From Nemertoderma westbladi (Eukaryota; Animalia; Xenacoelomorpha), in contig JAUCBJ010007869.1 of NCBI GenBank assembly GCA_032718475.1, positions 1-64,000 of the forward strand: DNA of 64,000 nt, in the 5' to 3' direction. The translations under genes were made by a program, and so were the position numbers. This document shows, piece by piece, positions 37,789 through 50,284 of the stretch (positions are counted from its first letter, which is position 1; every line of letters starts with the position of its first letter). Under the pieces are notes generated by a model. It saw nothing but the letters and a program-made list of their open reading frames with translations. It had not been told where the DNA came from and searched no databases.

Positions 37789-39333
37789 CAAGGCGTACAA
37801 TACTATATACAATACAAGGCCATGCCATCGAGATAACTGGGGGCGGTGACTGGGGGCAAGATTTTTTTTACAACAATTTTATATTTTGATATGGGGAGAG
37901 TTCTATAAATTTTCATTTGCTGCAATTTGGTGGGTCCGAAGAATCTGTACAAAAAAATACAAGATAGTACAATATAGTACAAAAGAATACAAAAGAGTAC
38001 AATAAAGTGCAAAAATAGTACAAAAGAGTGCAAAAATAGTACAAAAGAGTATAAACGAGTGAGAAACGCTTGCAAAACATGTATCCAAGTATAGTTCAAA
38101 TCGTGTAGAGGGGCGCACATGATGTGCAAAATAAAACAAAGCATTGTTTGATTGTGGGGCGAGCCACGCATTGAGAGAGGGGCTGATCTAGCTGTCTAGC
38201 AGTCAGAGAGTATGACAATACAATCGTAGGCCTATGAGTTTTAATGCAGCTTTTTGTGTTCGAAAAACACAAAAAACGGTTCCAATTGCTCGAAAAATTG
38301 CAGAGGGAGATCTCACAGTCTCAATAAAGTTGCAGATAGACAGATAAAGGCATACTTATATAGCCTAAATAAAGTAGCATACAGTCTATCGAACCTTCAG
38401 TATATGACCTAAATTTTGAGTCTCAGCCTCAGGTATAGGAGTTTATATCTACCCACTGCATGTATGTATTGCATTATATTGTATTATCCGAACAGTAGCC
38501 TATTTCTACTTGTATGCAAGTCAAAATCTACATTGAATCAAAGTTCTGTCAATCATTTCATACTTGACCACAGAACCAACTGACCAAGGCCGCTAGTATT
38601 GACACTGTCAAGACTGTAGCGGCGCATATTTTGGTGCCGTTGCATTCGCTTGCAATTAGTTATATTTCTGAATACAAGTGTAGTGTAGTGCTGTAATGTA
38701 TACTATACTGGTATACACTTTTTGTATGCGTTTCTCACTCGTTTGTACTCTTTTGTACTATTTTTGCACTCTTTTGTACTATTTTTGCACTTTATTGTAC
38801 TCTTTTGTACTATATTGTACTATTTTGTATTTTTTTGTACTTTTTTGTACAGATTCGTCGGACCGCAATTTGGTCAATGGGCGTAATTGAAGCATCCTCA
38901 TTAAGTAAGATACAAAATTTTATGGTAGCTAGTGTTTTAGGTAGGTTTAGCTACTAATTTCGACACTGGTTCCGACATCCTACTTCCCTCTATAAATATT
39001 TTGTAGTAGCTAGTTCTTGTTACTATTTGTATAGAAAATGTTCCAGAAGATGTTAGCTATTCATTTTTTTAAAAAATTATGTTCTAGAATAAACATTTTT
39101 TGTTCTAGAACAAAAAATATTTGTTCTAGAACATAAAATTTCGTATCTTACATAATGAGGATGCTTCAATTACGTCCATTGACCAAATTGCAGCAAATTA
39201 AAATTTATAGAACTCTCCCCATATCAAAATATAAAATTGTTGTAAAAAAAATCTTGCCCCCAGTCACCGCCCCCAGTTAACTCGATGGATATAGTATGAC
39301 TCGATGGACTTGTATATACTGTAGTACGCCTTG
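37789..39333. mobile_element. Non-autonomous TIR element with 8-bp TSD (P- or hAT-like; CAAGG termini)
   Basis: CAAGGCGTAC...GTACGCCTTG termini, long internal inverted repeats and TSD GCTCTGCC (37781-37788, 39334-39341). Confidence 0.85.
37932..38865. mobile_element. Nested MULE-type MITE with TACAAAA-rich TIRs
   Basis: GGTCCGA...TCGGACC ends and 9-bp TSD CAATTTGGT (37923-37931, 38866-38874). Confidence 0.82.
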
Positions 39334-39899
39334 GCTCTGCCGCGCCGGTCCTGATCTCGGTCCACCGAACTATTTTATTGCATAGGTCTACCTACTTGGT
39401 GTGTTAATAATAATTAATTCGCTCTATACCGTGAGTAAAAACCTCTTTGGAGTGCGCGTGCTAAAAGGCCAACTAGGGAGTGCATAATATGTTATGTTAT
39501 GTTATTAATGACGCCAGAGTGACAATAAGTTCATGATTGCACCTTTAAATTTAGAGATACTGCATACACACATATCTGGGAAAAGTACGCTAATCAGCGT
39601 ATATGGAGATAAAAATATCTATCACATTGTAATAATTAAAAATATACGAATAGTATTTAGGCCTACAGTATTTATAAAGTGAATGTAAAATGGCAAGTTT
39701 ACAGTACGAACATAATAAAATCAATTGTAATGAAAAGTTATATTTGGGGTAGTGTTCTCAAAAATAATTATTGGCTACCAATACGGACTATACAGACTAA
39801 CAAGGAACATAAATAAAATATACAGGGGGTATTAATATTAAATTAAATAAAAAATGGAAATATTATATTTTGAGTCCTACAGTTCGATCGTAAATAACA

Positions 39900-42800
39900 G
39901 TGCCAAGGAGGATCCCCGTGTTGAGTTCTGGTGAAGTTCAGTTCGAAATTGAAAGAAATTACTCCGTTCGGTATTGTCAATCCCATGAATAAACGTGGAT
40001 GTTGTTATAAGGTCTGCTCCTACACGTCGATATATTAATGTTGGTCATTTGAGTGCCCTAAGTCGGTTTTCATATGTCAGGTCAGTCAGAGGAGGGACAA
40101 GGCGAGTGGCACGGTGTTGCACTTGTTCAAGGGTGTCAATATCACGCTGCAGGTACGGCGACCAGACTACTGTACCATATTCGAGGAGAGGCCGTACAAG
40201 GGATTTGTACAACAGGGTGAACATTGGAGCTTCTAAAAAGGTAAAAGTTCTACGTATTAGATGGACGACTCGCATGGCGCGGGCTGCTGTCTGTGAGCAG
40301 TGAGTTGTGAAGGACATGTCTGATGTGAATGTTATACCCAAATCACGTTCCTCGGTTACTGTTGTTGAAAGTGACTGTCCGTTCATTGTATAAGTAACTT
40401 TGAGATTTCTAGAACCTAGATGCATCGCCTTGCACTTCGAATCATTGAACTGCAATTTCCAGCGGTTACACTATTCAACTAGTCTATCAAGATCAGTCTG
40501 TAAGGCCTGTATGTCAGTTGCGTCATGTATGTCCCTGTAGAGTTTAGTATCATCAACGAAAATCTTGCACAGGGATGAAACAATGGAAGGCACATCATTG
40601 ACGAAAGCAAGAAAGAGTAGGTCTAGGTATATAATATCTGCACCCTGGACATCAGGATCGTCATTGTAATCAGATAGGTCTTCAAACACTTCCAGAAGCT
40701 GTGTTACTGTAGATCTGTGGGAACGTGCACCATGTTGAGCATCTGAAAAGAGTTGGTGATCCTCGAAGTGACTCACTAGAGCATTCCGGATGAATTTCTC
40801 ACACACTTTCGCTAATATACATGTTAGGGAAACAGGACGATAATTATCTGGCATACGTTTTGGTTGTCTCTTCAAGATCGGGGACACTATTGCTTCTCGC
40901 CAATCTGAAGGAATAACACCAGAGTCAAACGACAGTTGAAAAATTGACATACAAGGAGCAGCAATAACATTAGCCAGTTCCTTCAATATCCTACCATGTA
41001 GACCATCTGGGCCAGGGGCTTTGTTTATGTTTAGGTTTTCCAGCTCATACTGATCCTGTTCAAGAGAAAAATCTACATTTACAATGGGTTCAATCAGTGT
41101 GGTAGGTGGAATGTATGTGTGCAAGGACGAAACAGAATGCAGTTGGTCAGATGAGTCAGGCCTGGTAAAAACGGACGCATATGTCTTACTAAGTAATTCT
41201 GACATTCCATATGATGACGTAATGATTTCGTTGTTGTTGGTACGTAGGGGAACAATAGTTGATTTGGTTTTCCTCTTGGAGTTTACATACGACCAGAAAG
41301 CTTTAGGGTTAGTTTTACATTTCTCGGCAACATTCCTTTCAAAATTAGTTTTTGCATTACGAACGTGGCGTCCCGTAGACTGTCTAGATAATACATATCG
41401 CTGGAAATTACAATCGGTGCGGTGTTGTTGCCAGCGTTGGAAAAGCAGTTGTTTTCTGCGTATACAATGTATAGTCGCATTGGTCATCCAAGGTTCATCC
41501 TATCCATTAACTGTAGATCTACGGGGGACGAATTGTTCAGTACCCTTAAGCAATTCAGTCTTGAGTTCAGTCCATGCCTGGTCAGTGTCCTTGCCTTCCA
41601 GACGGAAATCACAGTCAATGTCACGGAGGGATGTTCGCCACTTGTCGTAATCACCCTTGTCATATCTCAAGTACGTCCGAGTAGGTTCACTAATATCCCA
41701 GTGTACATTCAAGACGACATGCGCCACACTATGGTCAGACTTCCCAAGAGGACAGAGTACACGTACATCATAAATTGAATCAATGGATTTAGTAAAAAAT
41801 AAGTCTAATCTAGAACTCAAAATATGGTTTCTATCCAGTCTTGTGTTTTCAAAAACGTGTTTAGAAAGATTATTATTATCAAGAACAAATTCGAGAAAAT
41901 TACGCTCAAATTTCCTTGCCTTAGGTAATGTACACAAATTTTCCCAATCTATATGAGGGAAATTAAAATCACAGGTAAACAAAATTTCACAACCACAATT
42001 AACAAGTAACTTGTCAATTAAAACATGCAAAGCTGTGTCATTAGCATGCGAAGATGCTGTAGAGCGGTAAATACAGAAAACTGTAAAATTACGACAATTA
42101 TTCTGATTTATACGTAAACAGATAAAACCGTCAAAACAGATATTGCCTGGGTTAACTATTTCAACTGAAAACATATTAGACTGTCGTATATAAAGTGCAG
42201 CACCACCACCATTGGTATCTCTATAATTCAATATAAAAAAGGCTTCATTAGGAATTGTACTATCTAACCAGGTTTCAGTCACTGCAATTATATCAGGTTT
42301 TATTAATGCAACCTTGACGCGCAACTCATTAAGTTTGTTTCTAATACACTGGGCATTTATGTTTACAACAGTAAAGTTACCAGTAGGCGGCCTACTTACT
42401 ACCTTGACAATCACGCGATTGATGACGTAGTCAACCTTACTGTGGAGACTGTGAACCAACCGGATCGACACAAAACTCACTAACTCCATGACCAGATTCC
42501 TGGATATTGGTCGTCGCATTTCTCATTCCTAGGTTTTGGGGACTAGAAAGAGAAACTTCATCAGCAGTGGAGACACTACTAACATTATGTAGATAGTTCG
42601 CGGTGGCTATCGATAGATCGGATACAGAAACCGTAGCACTCACTCCTTGGCTCTGCACCTTTCTACGTTCGGAAAAGGGAGGGAGTGGAGAGGACGATTC
42701 CACAGCAGACAGCGTCGCCTCGGTGGAACGACCAATGCGCCGTTGGTAGCGTTCGCGAGCATTCTTGCGTTGTTCATATGTTCTATCCGCTGTGATGCGA

Positions 42801-43200
42801 ACTTCACCAATATCATTAATGCTGCTGAGTCTATCGCTAGAAAGACGAACACGACCATTAACTGCTTACCAAGCAGTGCATGGCACTGCTCAGCGGAACC
42901 CATTGTGACGATTAACTTGTTCATATAACCCACCTGACGGCCACCTTCAAATCGGCGTAACCGATGAAACCTTAAGATATTGCACTCTGGAGCATTAGCT
43001 GAGATCACTGACTTTACAATATCTTCATCATATCGTATTCGTTCCTTAGTGTTGTTCGACGGACAAGGGGGAATATAATGGATCACAATGTTTGCCTGTT
43101 TCGCGTTCTGTTGTTCAAGTCCCGAAACCCGTCGGTGTATCACATTAGGGGTTATACGTTGGGTTTGAGATCCGCGTTTTCGTCTGGTCCCCGCAGTAAT
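39900..43200 (-). pseudogene. Degraded CR1-clade LINE (ORF1 remnant, APE, RT with internal deletion)
   Basis: NAQCIRNK, ETW, DFN, SDH, KAPGPDG, NYRPVSLT, FVDD, FNDSKC and RPLLEY motifs. IYLD is joined directly to LLFLAFVND, so the RT core between them is deleted; stops present. Confidence 0.9.
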
Positions 43201-43268
43201 CCAGTCACTGCCTGGGACATGTGCGACTTGGGGCTCATCAGAGACATTTGATATATATATAATATATA

Positions 43269-44292
43269 TATAACTCAGGAAATATGTAATTACTTCTCGT
43301 GCTATGATTGGCTGTTATAGGGCGTATATATATTCCTAATACGACAGTAAATGTTCGCGCAAATGATTGGCTGATATCAGGAGAGTTTTAACTCTATATT
43401 GTTGTATTTATTCCGCGCGCTGTGATTGGTTGTTATGGGGTGCGATTTTATTCAATGTGGGAAGGTTTTTTTTCTTGTCTAGAATTATGGAATTTTTGCG
43501 CGCGCAGAAACCTGCCATAGTTTTATCGCGCGTAAATTATTAATTTATTAATTTTATTGCGTTTATTAATTTCGAATTCTGGAACATATAAAATATGTGG
43601 GAAATTCAAGTTATATGAATTTCCTATAGGCCTAATAGTTTGACAGGAGAAACTGTCAGCGGTTTATAGGCTTACAGAAAGTAGGAGGCCATGAGCCTAC
43701 CAGTAATGTATTGGGAGACATGAAAGTAAAGTCCATTGTTAGCAATAGAGAATTCTTCCATGAATGAATTCTTCCAAACTATTATAGGGAATTCATATAA
43801 TTTGAATTTCACACTTATTTAATATGTTCCAGAATTCGAAATTAATTAAGGACCTCACAGCGCGCGTGAAAAAACTTTTTTGGGAGGTTTTTGCGCGTGC
43901 TAAAACTAAAGTAGGTTTTTGTGCGTGCAAAAACTGTGTTAAGATGTTTTTGCGCGCGCAAAAACTCAGTTGGGATGTTTTTGCACGACTGGGAGGTTTT
44001 AGCGCGCGCTAAAACTAAGATATTTTTTACGCGCGATAAAACTATGGTAGGTTTTTGCGCGCGCAAAAACTCCATAATTCTAGACAAGAAGAAAAACCAT
44101 CCCAAAATTGAATAAAATGGCACCCCATAACAACCAATCACAGCGCGCGGAATAAATACAAATGCTCCTGATATCAGCCAATAATTCACAAAAGAACATT
44201 TACTGTCATATTAGGAATATATATTATATACGGATACGCTCTTTAACAGCCAATCATAGCACGAGAATTAATTACATATTTCCTGAGTTATT
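43269..44292. mobile_element. MITE with ~260-bp inverted arms and GCGCGC repeats, with a second MITE nested at ~43565-43848
   Basis: TAACTCAGGAAATATGTAATT...AATTACATATTTCCTGAGTTA outer arms; inner ATTAATTTCGAATTCTGGAACATAT inverted pair. Confidence 0.8.
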
Positions 44293-45135
44293 ATACACCC
44301 CCTAGTTAGAGTTTTAGCGCGCGATAAAATGCGATTATTACATTATTGTGAGCGCAAAAACTCCAAAGAGGATTTTACACACGGGATATAGCAGGCGAAT
44401 AAATTATCACGAATATTAACACACCAAATATTCCATATTATCTTGCAGTTTATCACTCAATAACTGATAAAGTCCGTTGCTACAGTATCAAAGCATTTAC
44501 AAATCAGGGGCGGGGGTCAATAAGCTGCTGTTGATATTAACGGAGACATTACAAACCTATGTAAATTGCTACAATATGCTAATGCGAGCTAGAATCAATA
44601 ACTTAGTAAGCTTGAAACACGGGTGACTATTACAAAACAAAACCCAAAGAAAACAAAGAGTTAAAAGTCGCGTTTGAGGAGCAGGTTATTAAAGGAGCAG
44701 GTAACAGAGGCGTGTTGGGGAAACCAAAACAGTAAACGAAAGTTAACACATGTTGCAAGATTATGCAGGTCTTTATAATTGAGTCTTTGGTCTTTGTTTT
44801 GTTGTCACCCCTTGAAACACCGGCTTGAATAAGATGATTAATGTTTGCGCTTCTATTAATATAATATTTTCGTCACTGATTAATATTTGAGGCCCCCCAA
44901 TATTTGGGACTTGTTTCCCTCAATATGTTTCTGTATTGCATTGGGGCGCAGCCCCCCCCCCCCCCCCCCCCCCCCACCACCACCATAAGAAACAAAAAAG
45001 GTTAACTGTATATTTATAATTATTTATATTTGATAAAAGTGTTAAACATCGCTGAAATATGAAAGAAAGCCTCATCCACCTACAGTATATCTAAATACTG
45101 TAATGTTGATTATATCTGTAAGAGGTTACATAAAG

Positions 45136-47349
45136 TTATGAATATCCTTCACTACATTCTCTATAGTTCATTGCCGCGATCCCGATTACAGTTGCCAGAA
45201 TTGCCGCAAGAAGACAATAATCCATAAAAGTACCCTTCCCGAAGTCAATATTTATTGTCGTCACTTTCTCCGCTGTCACGTTATCACAATTGTTCTGGTT
45301 TATCAGTGTTGCTGTAAGTTTCTTTGGCAAAAAGCCAAACTTATTTTGGTTTATCGGTGTTGCTGTGACATTCTTTAGTAAATTATCAACCTTATTTTGG
45401 CTTACCGGTGTTGTTGTAAATTTCTTTGGTATATTCTCAACCTTATTTTGGCTTATAGGTGTTGCTGTGACTTTCTTTGGTAAATTCTCAACCTTATTTT
45501 GGCTTATAGGTGTTGCTGTGACTTTCTTTGGTAAATTCTCAACCTTATTTTGGCTTACCGGTGTTGTTGTAACTTTCTTTGGTATATTCTCAACCATATT
45601 TTGGCTTATAGGTGTTGCTGTGACTTTCTTTGGTATATTCTCAACCTTATTTTGGTTTATCGGTGTTGCTGTGATTTTCTTAGGAAAATTTTCAACCTTA
45701 TTTTGGCTTATAGGTGTTGCTGTGACTTTCTTTGGTAAATTGTCAAACTTATTTTGGTTTATCGGTGTTGCTGTGGTTTTCTTACGTAAATTCTCAAACT
45801 TATTTTGGCTTATAGGTGTTGCTGTGACTTTCTTTGGTAAATTCTCAACCTTATTTTGGCTTATAGGTGTTGTTGTGACTTTCTTTGGTAAATTATCAAA
45901 CTTATTTTGGTTTATCGGTGTTGCTGTGGTTTTCTTTGGTATATTCTCAACCTTATTTTGGCTTATTGATGTTGCTGCGAATTTCTTTGGTAAATTCTCA
46001 ACCTTATTTTGGCTTATAGGTGTTGCTGTGGTTTTCTTTGGAAAATCCTCAAACTTATTTTGGTTTATCGGTGTTGCTGTGGTTTTCTTAGGTAAATTTT
46101 TAACCTTATTTTGGCTTATAGGTGTTGCTGTGATTTTCTTTGGTATATTCTCAACCTTATCTTGGCTTATAGGTGTTGCTGTGGCTTTCTTCTGAAAATT
46201 CTCTACCTTATTTTGGCTTACCGGTGTTGTTGTGACTTTCTTAGGTAAATTCTCAACCTTATGTTGGCTTATAGGTGTTGTTGTAACTTTCTTTGGTAAA
46301 TTCTCAAACTGGTTTTGGTTTTTCTGAGTCGTTGGAGGTTCTCTCGCTAGATTACCAGATTTCGTTTCGTTAATTGATGTATCAGTTAATACCCCAGTCG
46401 GCTTTCCCTTTGTCATCTCTGGGGCGGCTCCAATTTTCTCTAAACCCCTATTTAGTAGTGAAATTTCCGTATGACTTTCTCCACTTCCGTTAATTGATTT
46501 TGATTTCTTATCCGGATAATTTTGATTCGATAACTGTCTGGGTAACTGTCCCAACTGTCTGGAACTGTCTGTAACTGTCTGGGCCGTTTTGGGTCCATAA
46601 ATTTCCAGCCATCTTTTATTATTTATACGATAACCGGCGATTCTGAGGTTTTCATCACTATCGAGTCCTTGTGCAGTGGCCATGATATGTTTATCTGATG
46701 GACTGTCTTTTCGAGGAGATATAATTTTTGGAAAGGGACGATTATCTGAAATTCTAGAACTGTCATTCTGGTACTCCAATACAACTCCAGTGCCTGCGAT
46801 ATCGGTTGAAATCCCATTGTTTTTTGTACGAGAATCTTCTGTTGTTTTAGGAACAGGAGTTTTATCGGGAGGTTTAGTAATACTTCCTCGGAACTCAACT
46901 CTGACAAGTTTTCCCCTCTCATCTCCCATCTCTGTTGTTACCCAATAGTTTTCCTTTGACGACTTATTATTTTCGTTATCATCAACCATTTTTGCGGCTT
47001 TGGGCTTTGTGACTTTGGGCTTTTCTTTCTCAATGAAAGGTACCGGTATTTGGTTTTCTTTGTTTGCGGTTGCTATGGATTTTTCTACTTTTCTATGAGA
47101 GATTGGGGGAATGTTTTTGACATTATCTCCAAATTGTTCCTTCATCTTCAAACCAATTTTGTCTCCCACTGGAAGTGACGTTAATGTCTTTTTACTTTTA
47201 CTGCTTGTTTCTTTAGATGGTGGAACATTTTTGCTGTAGTTTTGGACGATGTCCCATGTTGGTATCTCTGTTCTCAGCCTATGGGAACTCAGAACGGCTG
47301 GCTGACGTAGACATTTTCTCATACAAGGAAGAACTCGTAAGGAATACAT
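45136..47349 (-). CDS. Uncharacterised 737-aa intronless protein: basic presequence-like N-terminus, ~20 x 17-aa repeats, C-terminal transmembrane helix
   Basis: ATG ORF; paralog of 50285-51088; 51-bp repeat (KVENLPKKVTATPISQN) at ~45290-46320; TM segment YCLLAAILATVIGIAAM. Confidence 0.72.
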   Translation of the reverse strand: MYSLRVLPCMRKCLRQPAVLSSHRLRTEIPTWDIVQNYSKNVPPSKETSSKSKKTLTSLPVGDKIGLKMKEQFGDNVKNIPPISHRKVEKSIATANKENQIPVPFIEKEKPKVTKPKAAKMVDDNENNKSSKENYWVTTEMGDERGKLVRVEFRGSITKPPDKTPVPKTTEDSRTKNNGISTDIAGTGVVLEYQNDSSRISDNRPFPKIISPRKDSPSDKHIMATAQGLDSDENLRIAGYRINNKRWLEIYGPKTAQTVTDSSRQLGQLPRQLSNQNYPDKKSKSINGSGESHTEISLLNRGLEKIGAAPEMTKGKPTGVLTDTSINETKSGNLAREPPTTQKNQNQFENLPKKVTTTPISQHKVENLPKKVTTTPVSQNKVENFQKKATATPISQDKVENIPKKITATPISQNKVKNLPKKTTATPINQNKFEDFPKKTTATPISQNKVENLPKKFAATSISQNKVENIPKKTTATPINQNKFDNLPKKVTTTPISQNKVENLPKKVTATPISQNKFENLRKKTTATPINQNKFDNLPKKVTATPISQNKVENFPKKITATPINQNKVENIPKKVTATPISQNMVENIPKKVTTTPVSQNKVENLPKKVTATPISQNKVENLPKKVTATPISQNKVENIPKKFTTTPVSQNKVDNLLKNVTATPINQNKFGFLPKKLTATLINQNNCDNVTAEKVTTINIDFGKGTFMDYCLLAAILATVIGIAAMNYRECSEGYS

Positions 47350-47831
47350 TATGTCTTCTAGGGAATTGGTTGGGAATTATGGCGAGGGTGTTGGTGATTG
47401 CTTGTGACAGCCTTTATTATTGTACAGTATAATGTTTAAATATAGTCATTCTTGGTGGGTTTGTTTGATGGTCGGTTGTTTGTTTGTTAGCTACAGTTCA
47501 GCATTCCTAACTAATTATAATTACATACCTAAACTAAAGTACTTACATTTAACGTTCTGAAAAATATGTTCTAGAATATTACAGTTCCTATTGACATCAG
47601 CGACAAATTTATAATATATTAAACGCAGTTTATATTACTTTAATAGCGGTAAAACAAGCTACATTCAAAAAAATAAAACCGCGTAAAGTACCCTATGTCT
47701 CAGGCCCTATGATCGTTCTATACAGATACAGTATATAAATCTGTTAAAATAAAATGACAGTATATCGACAAAACATAATATATCAATACATTAATGAATG
47801 GGAGAATCTTTTAGGCTCGTTAAGCCAAGGA

Positions 47832-49145
47832 ATGCCTGTTCACCACCATGGGTGATCTTCCACAGTAAACCGTTCCCCTCCATTTCCTAAAGGAATGCCT
47901 GTTCACCACCATGGGTGATCTTCCACAGTAAACCCTTCCACTCTGTTTCCTAAAGGAATGCCTGTTCACCACCATGGGTGATCTTCCACAGTAAACCCTT
48001 CCACTCTGTTTCCTAAAGGAATGTCTGTTCACCACCATGGGTGATCTTCCACAGTAAACCCTACCACTCTGTTTCCCTAAAGGAATGCCTGTTCACCACC
48101 ATCGGTGATCTTCCACAGTAAACCCTTCCACTCTGTTTCCTAAAGGACTGCCCGTTCACCATCACCATCGGTGATCTTCCACAGTAAACCCTTCCACTCT
48201 GTTTCCTAAAGGAATGCCTGTTCACCACCATGGGTGATCTTCCACAGTAAACCTTTGCACTCTGTTTCTTAAATGAGTGCCTGTTCACCGCCATTGGTGA
48301 TCTTCCACAGTAAACCCTTCCACTCTGTTTCCTAAAGTAAAGCCTGTCCACCACCATGGTCGATCTTCCACAGTAAACCCTACCACTCTGTTTCCTAAAG
48401 TAAAGCCTGTCCACCACCATGGTCGATCTTCCACAGTAAACCCTTCCACTCTGTTTCCTAAAGTAAAGCCTGTCCACCACCATGGTCGATCTTCCACAGT
48501 AAACCCTACCACTCTGTTTCCTAAAGGAATGCCTGTTCACCACCATGGGTGATCTTCCACAGTAAACCCTTCCACTCTGTTTCCTAAAGTAAAGCCTGTC
48601 CACCACCATGGTCGATCTTCCACAGTAAACCCTTCCACTCTGTTTCCTAAAGTAAAGCCTGTCCACCACTATGGTCGATCTTCCACAGTAAACCCTACCA
48701 CTCTGTTTCCTAAAGGAATGTCTGTTCACCACCATGGTTGATCTTCCACAGTAAACCCTTCCACTCTGTTTCCTAAAGTAAAGCCTGTCCACAACCATGG
48801 TCGATCTTCCACAGTAAACCCTTCCACTCTGTTTCCTAAAGTAAAGCCTGTCCACCACCATGGGTGATCTTCCACAGTAAACCCTTCTACTCTGTTTCCT
48901 ATAGGAATGCCTGTTCACCACCATGGGTGATCTTTCACAGCAAACACTTCCACTCTGTTTCCTAAAGGATTGCCTGTTCACCACCATGGGTGATCTTCCA
49001 CAGTAAACCATTCTACTCTGTTTCCTAAATGAGTGCCTGTTCACCGCCATTGGTGATCTTCCACAGTAAACCATTCCTCTCTGTTTCCAAAAGGAATTCC
49101 TGTTCACCACCATGGGTGATCTTCCACAGTAAACCCTTCCACTCT
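47832..49145. repeat. 63-bp minisatellite (~21 copies)
   Basis: Unit GTGATCTTCCACAGTAAACCCTTCCACTCTGTTTCCTAAAGGAATGCCTGTTCACCACCATGG. Confidence 0.95.
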
Positions 49146-49452
49146 ATAATATCAATCCAATATATATTCCAATATGTATTAATTAATTTAATATAATTAA
49201 TTCAATATATTAATATATCAATAAAACATTAAGGTAATTAATTGGTGTTTGCAACTGGTAACAATTGGTATTTTACTTAAATTTTGGGATATTTATTTTA
49301 AATTATTTTCATTGTTCAGTTGTCACAACATGTTTTCATGCATTCATTCATTCAATCATTCAGCCGGTGGCGCTATTTTGTCTACAGGAATATATATATA
49401 TATAGTGTCTAGTAATAGGATTTCCTTAGAAGATGAACCGTATAATATATTT

Positions 49453-49644
49453 TTAAATGATGTGTTGTTCATCACCCACCAACCGAGGTATGAAAAGATC
49501 GAGATTCCTTCACCAACTATATAATAATAACTAATAACTGATATTTCGACAAATTACATGCCTTTATCAAAGTTATATAGTTGGTGAAGGAATCTCGATC
49601 TTTTCATACCTCGGTTGGTGGGTGATGAACAACACATCATTTAA
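49453..49644. repeat. Perfect 72-bp inverted repeat with 48-bp spacer (probable Penelope-like pLTR remnant)
   Basis: 49453-49524 is the exact reverse complement of 49573-49644. Confidence 0.9.
49527..49576 (-). ncRNA. Minimal type I hammerhead ribozyme, U3-A8 core variant
   Basis: Stem I AUAACU/AGUUAU, core UUGAUAA(A), stem II GGCA/UGUC, GAA, short stem III AUA/UAU, then the cleavage nucleotide U. Folded by hand. Confidence 0.6.
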
Positions 49645-50284
49645 TAATATATAATATATATGTATATAATGCAGCTGCAACACAGCATGCCGATAGTAGT
49701 AGTAGTATTAAGTACGAATTATGATTTCTGATATCCCTTTATTATTTTGGATGAGTTATTTTTTCAAGTACTTTCTTTACATTACATTAGTACTTTACCT
49801 TATGATGCGATGCGTATATTTTACTTTATATTACAGTGAGTACACTAACACAGTAGACTGGACATAGCCAAATAAAACAAGGAATTGGATTTAAAACCCA
49901 AGTGAACGTAAAGTAGATACAATATGAAGTGAACTCTTAGGTCCCCTCTCACACGGAGCAACAAGCTGCACCGTGTGGGGGTGTGGGGGGGGGGGGGGGG
50001 GCATAGGCCTACACTCAAAAATATATAAATAATTTACATTAGGATCAATAGGAACTATAATATTCTAGAACATATTTTTCAGAACGTTCAATGTAAGTAC
50101 TTTAGTTTAGGTATGTAATTATAATTAGTTAGGAATGCTGAACTGTAGCTAACAAACAAACAACCGACCATCAAACAAACCCACCAAGAATGACTATATT
50201 TAAACATTATGCAATAATAAAGGCTGTCACAAGCAATCACCAACACCCTCGCCATAATTCCCAACCAATTCCCTAGAAGACATA

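Noticed and set aside
45290-46195. 301-aa hydrophobic repeat ORF on the plus strand
   Set aside because: Antisense shadow of the 51-bp coding repeat; paralog homology supports the minus-strand frame.
47217-47432. MVEHFCC... ORFs here and at 50088-50417
   Set aside because: Antisense to the duplicated gene starts; their similarity just reflects the inverted duplication.
48061-49113. 350-aa repeat ORF
   Set aside because: Confined to the 63-bp array with no unique flanking coding sequence.
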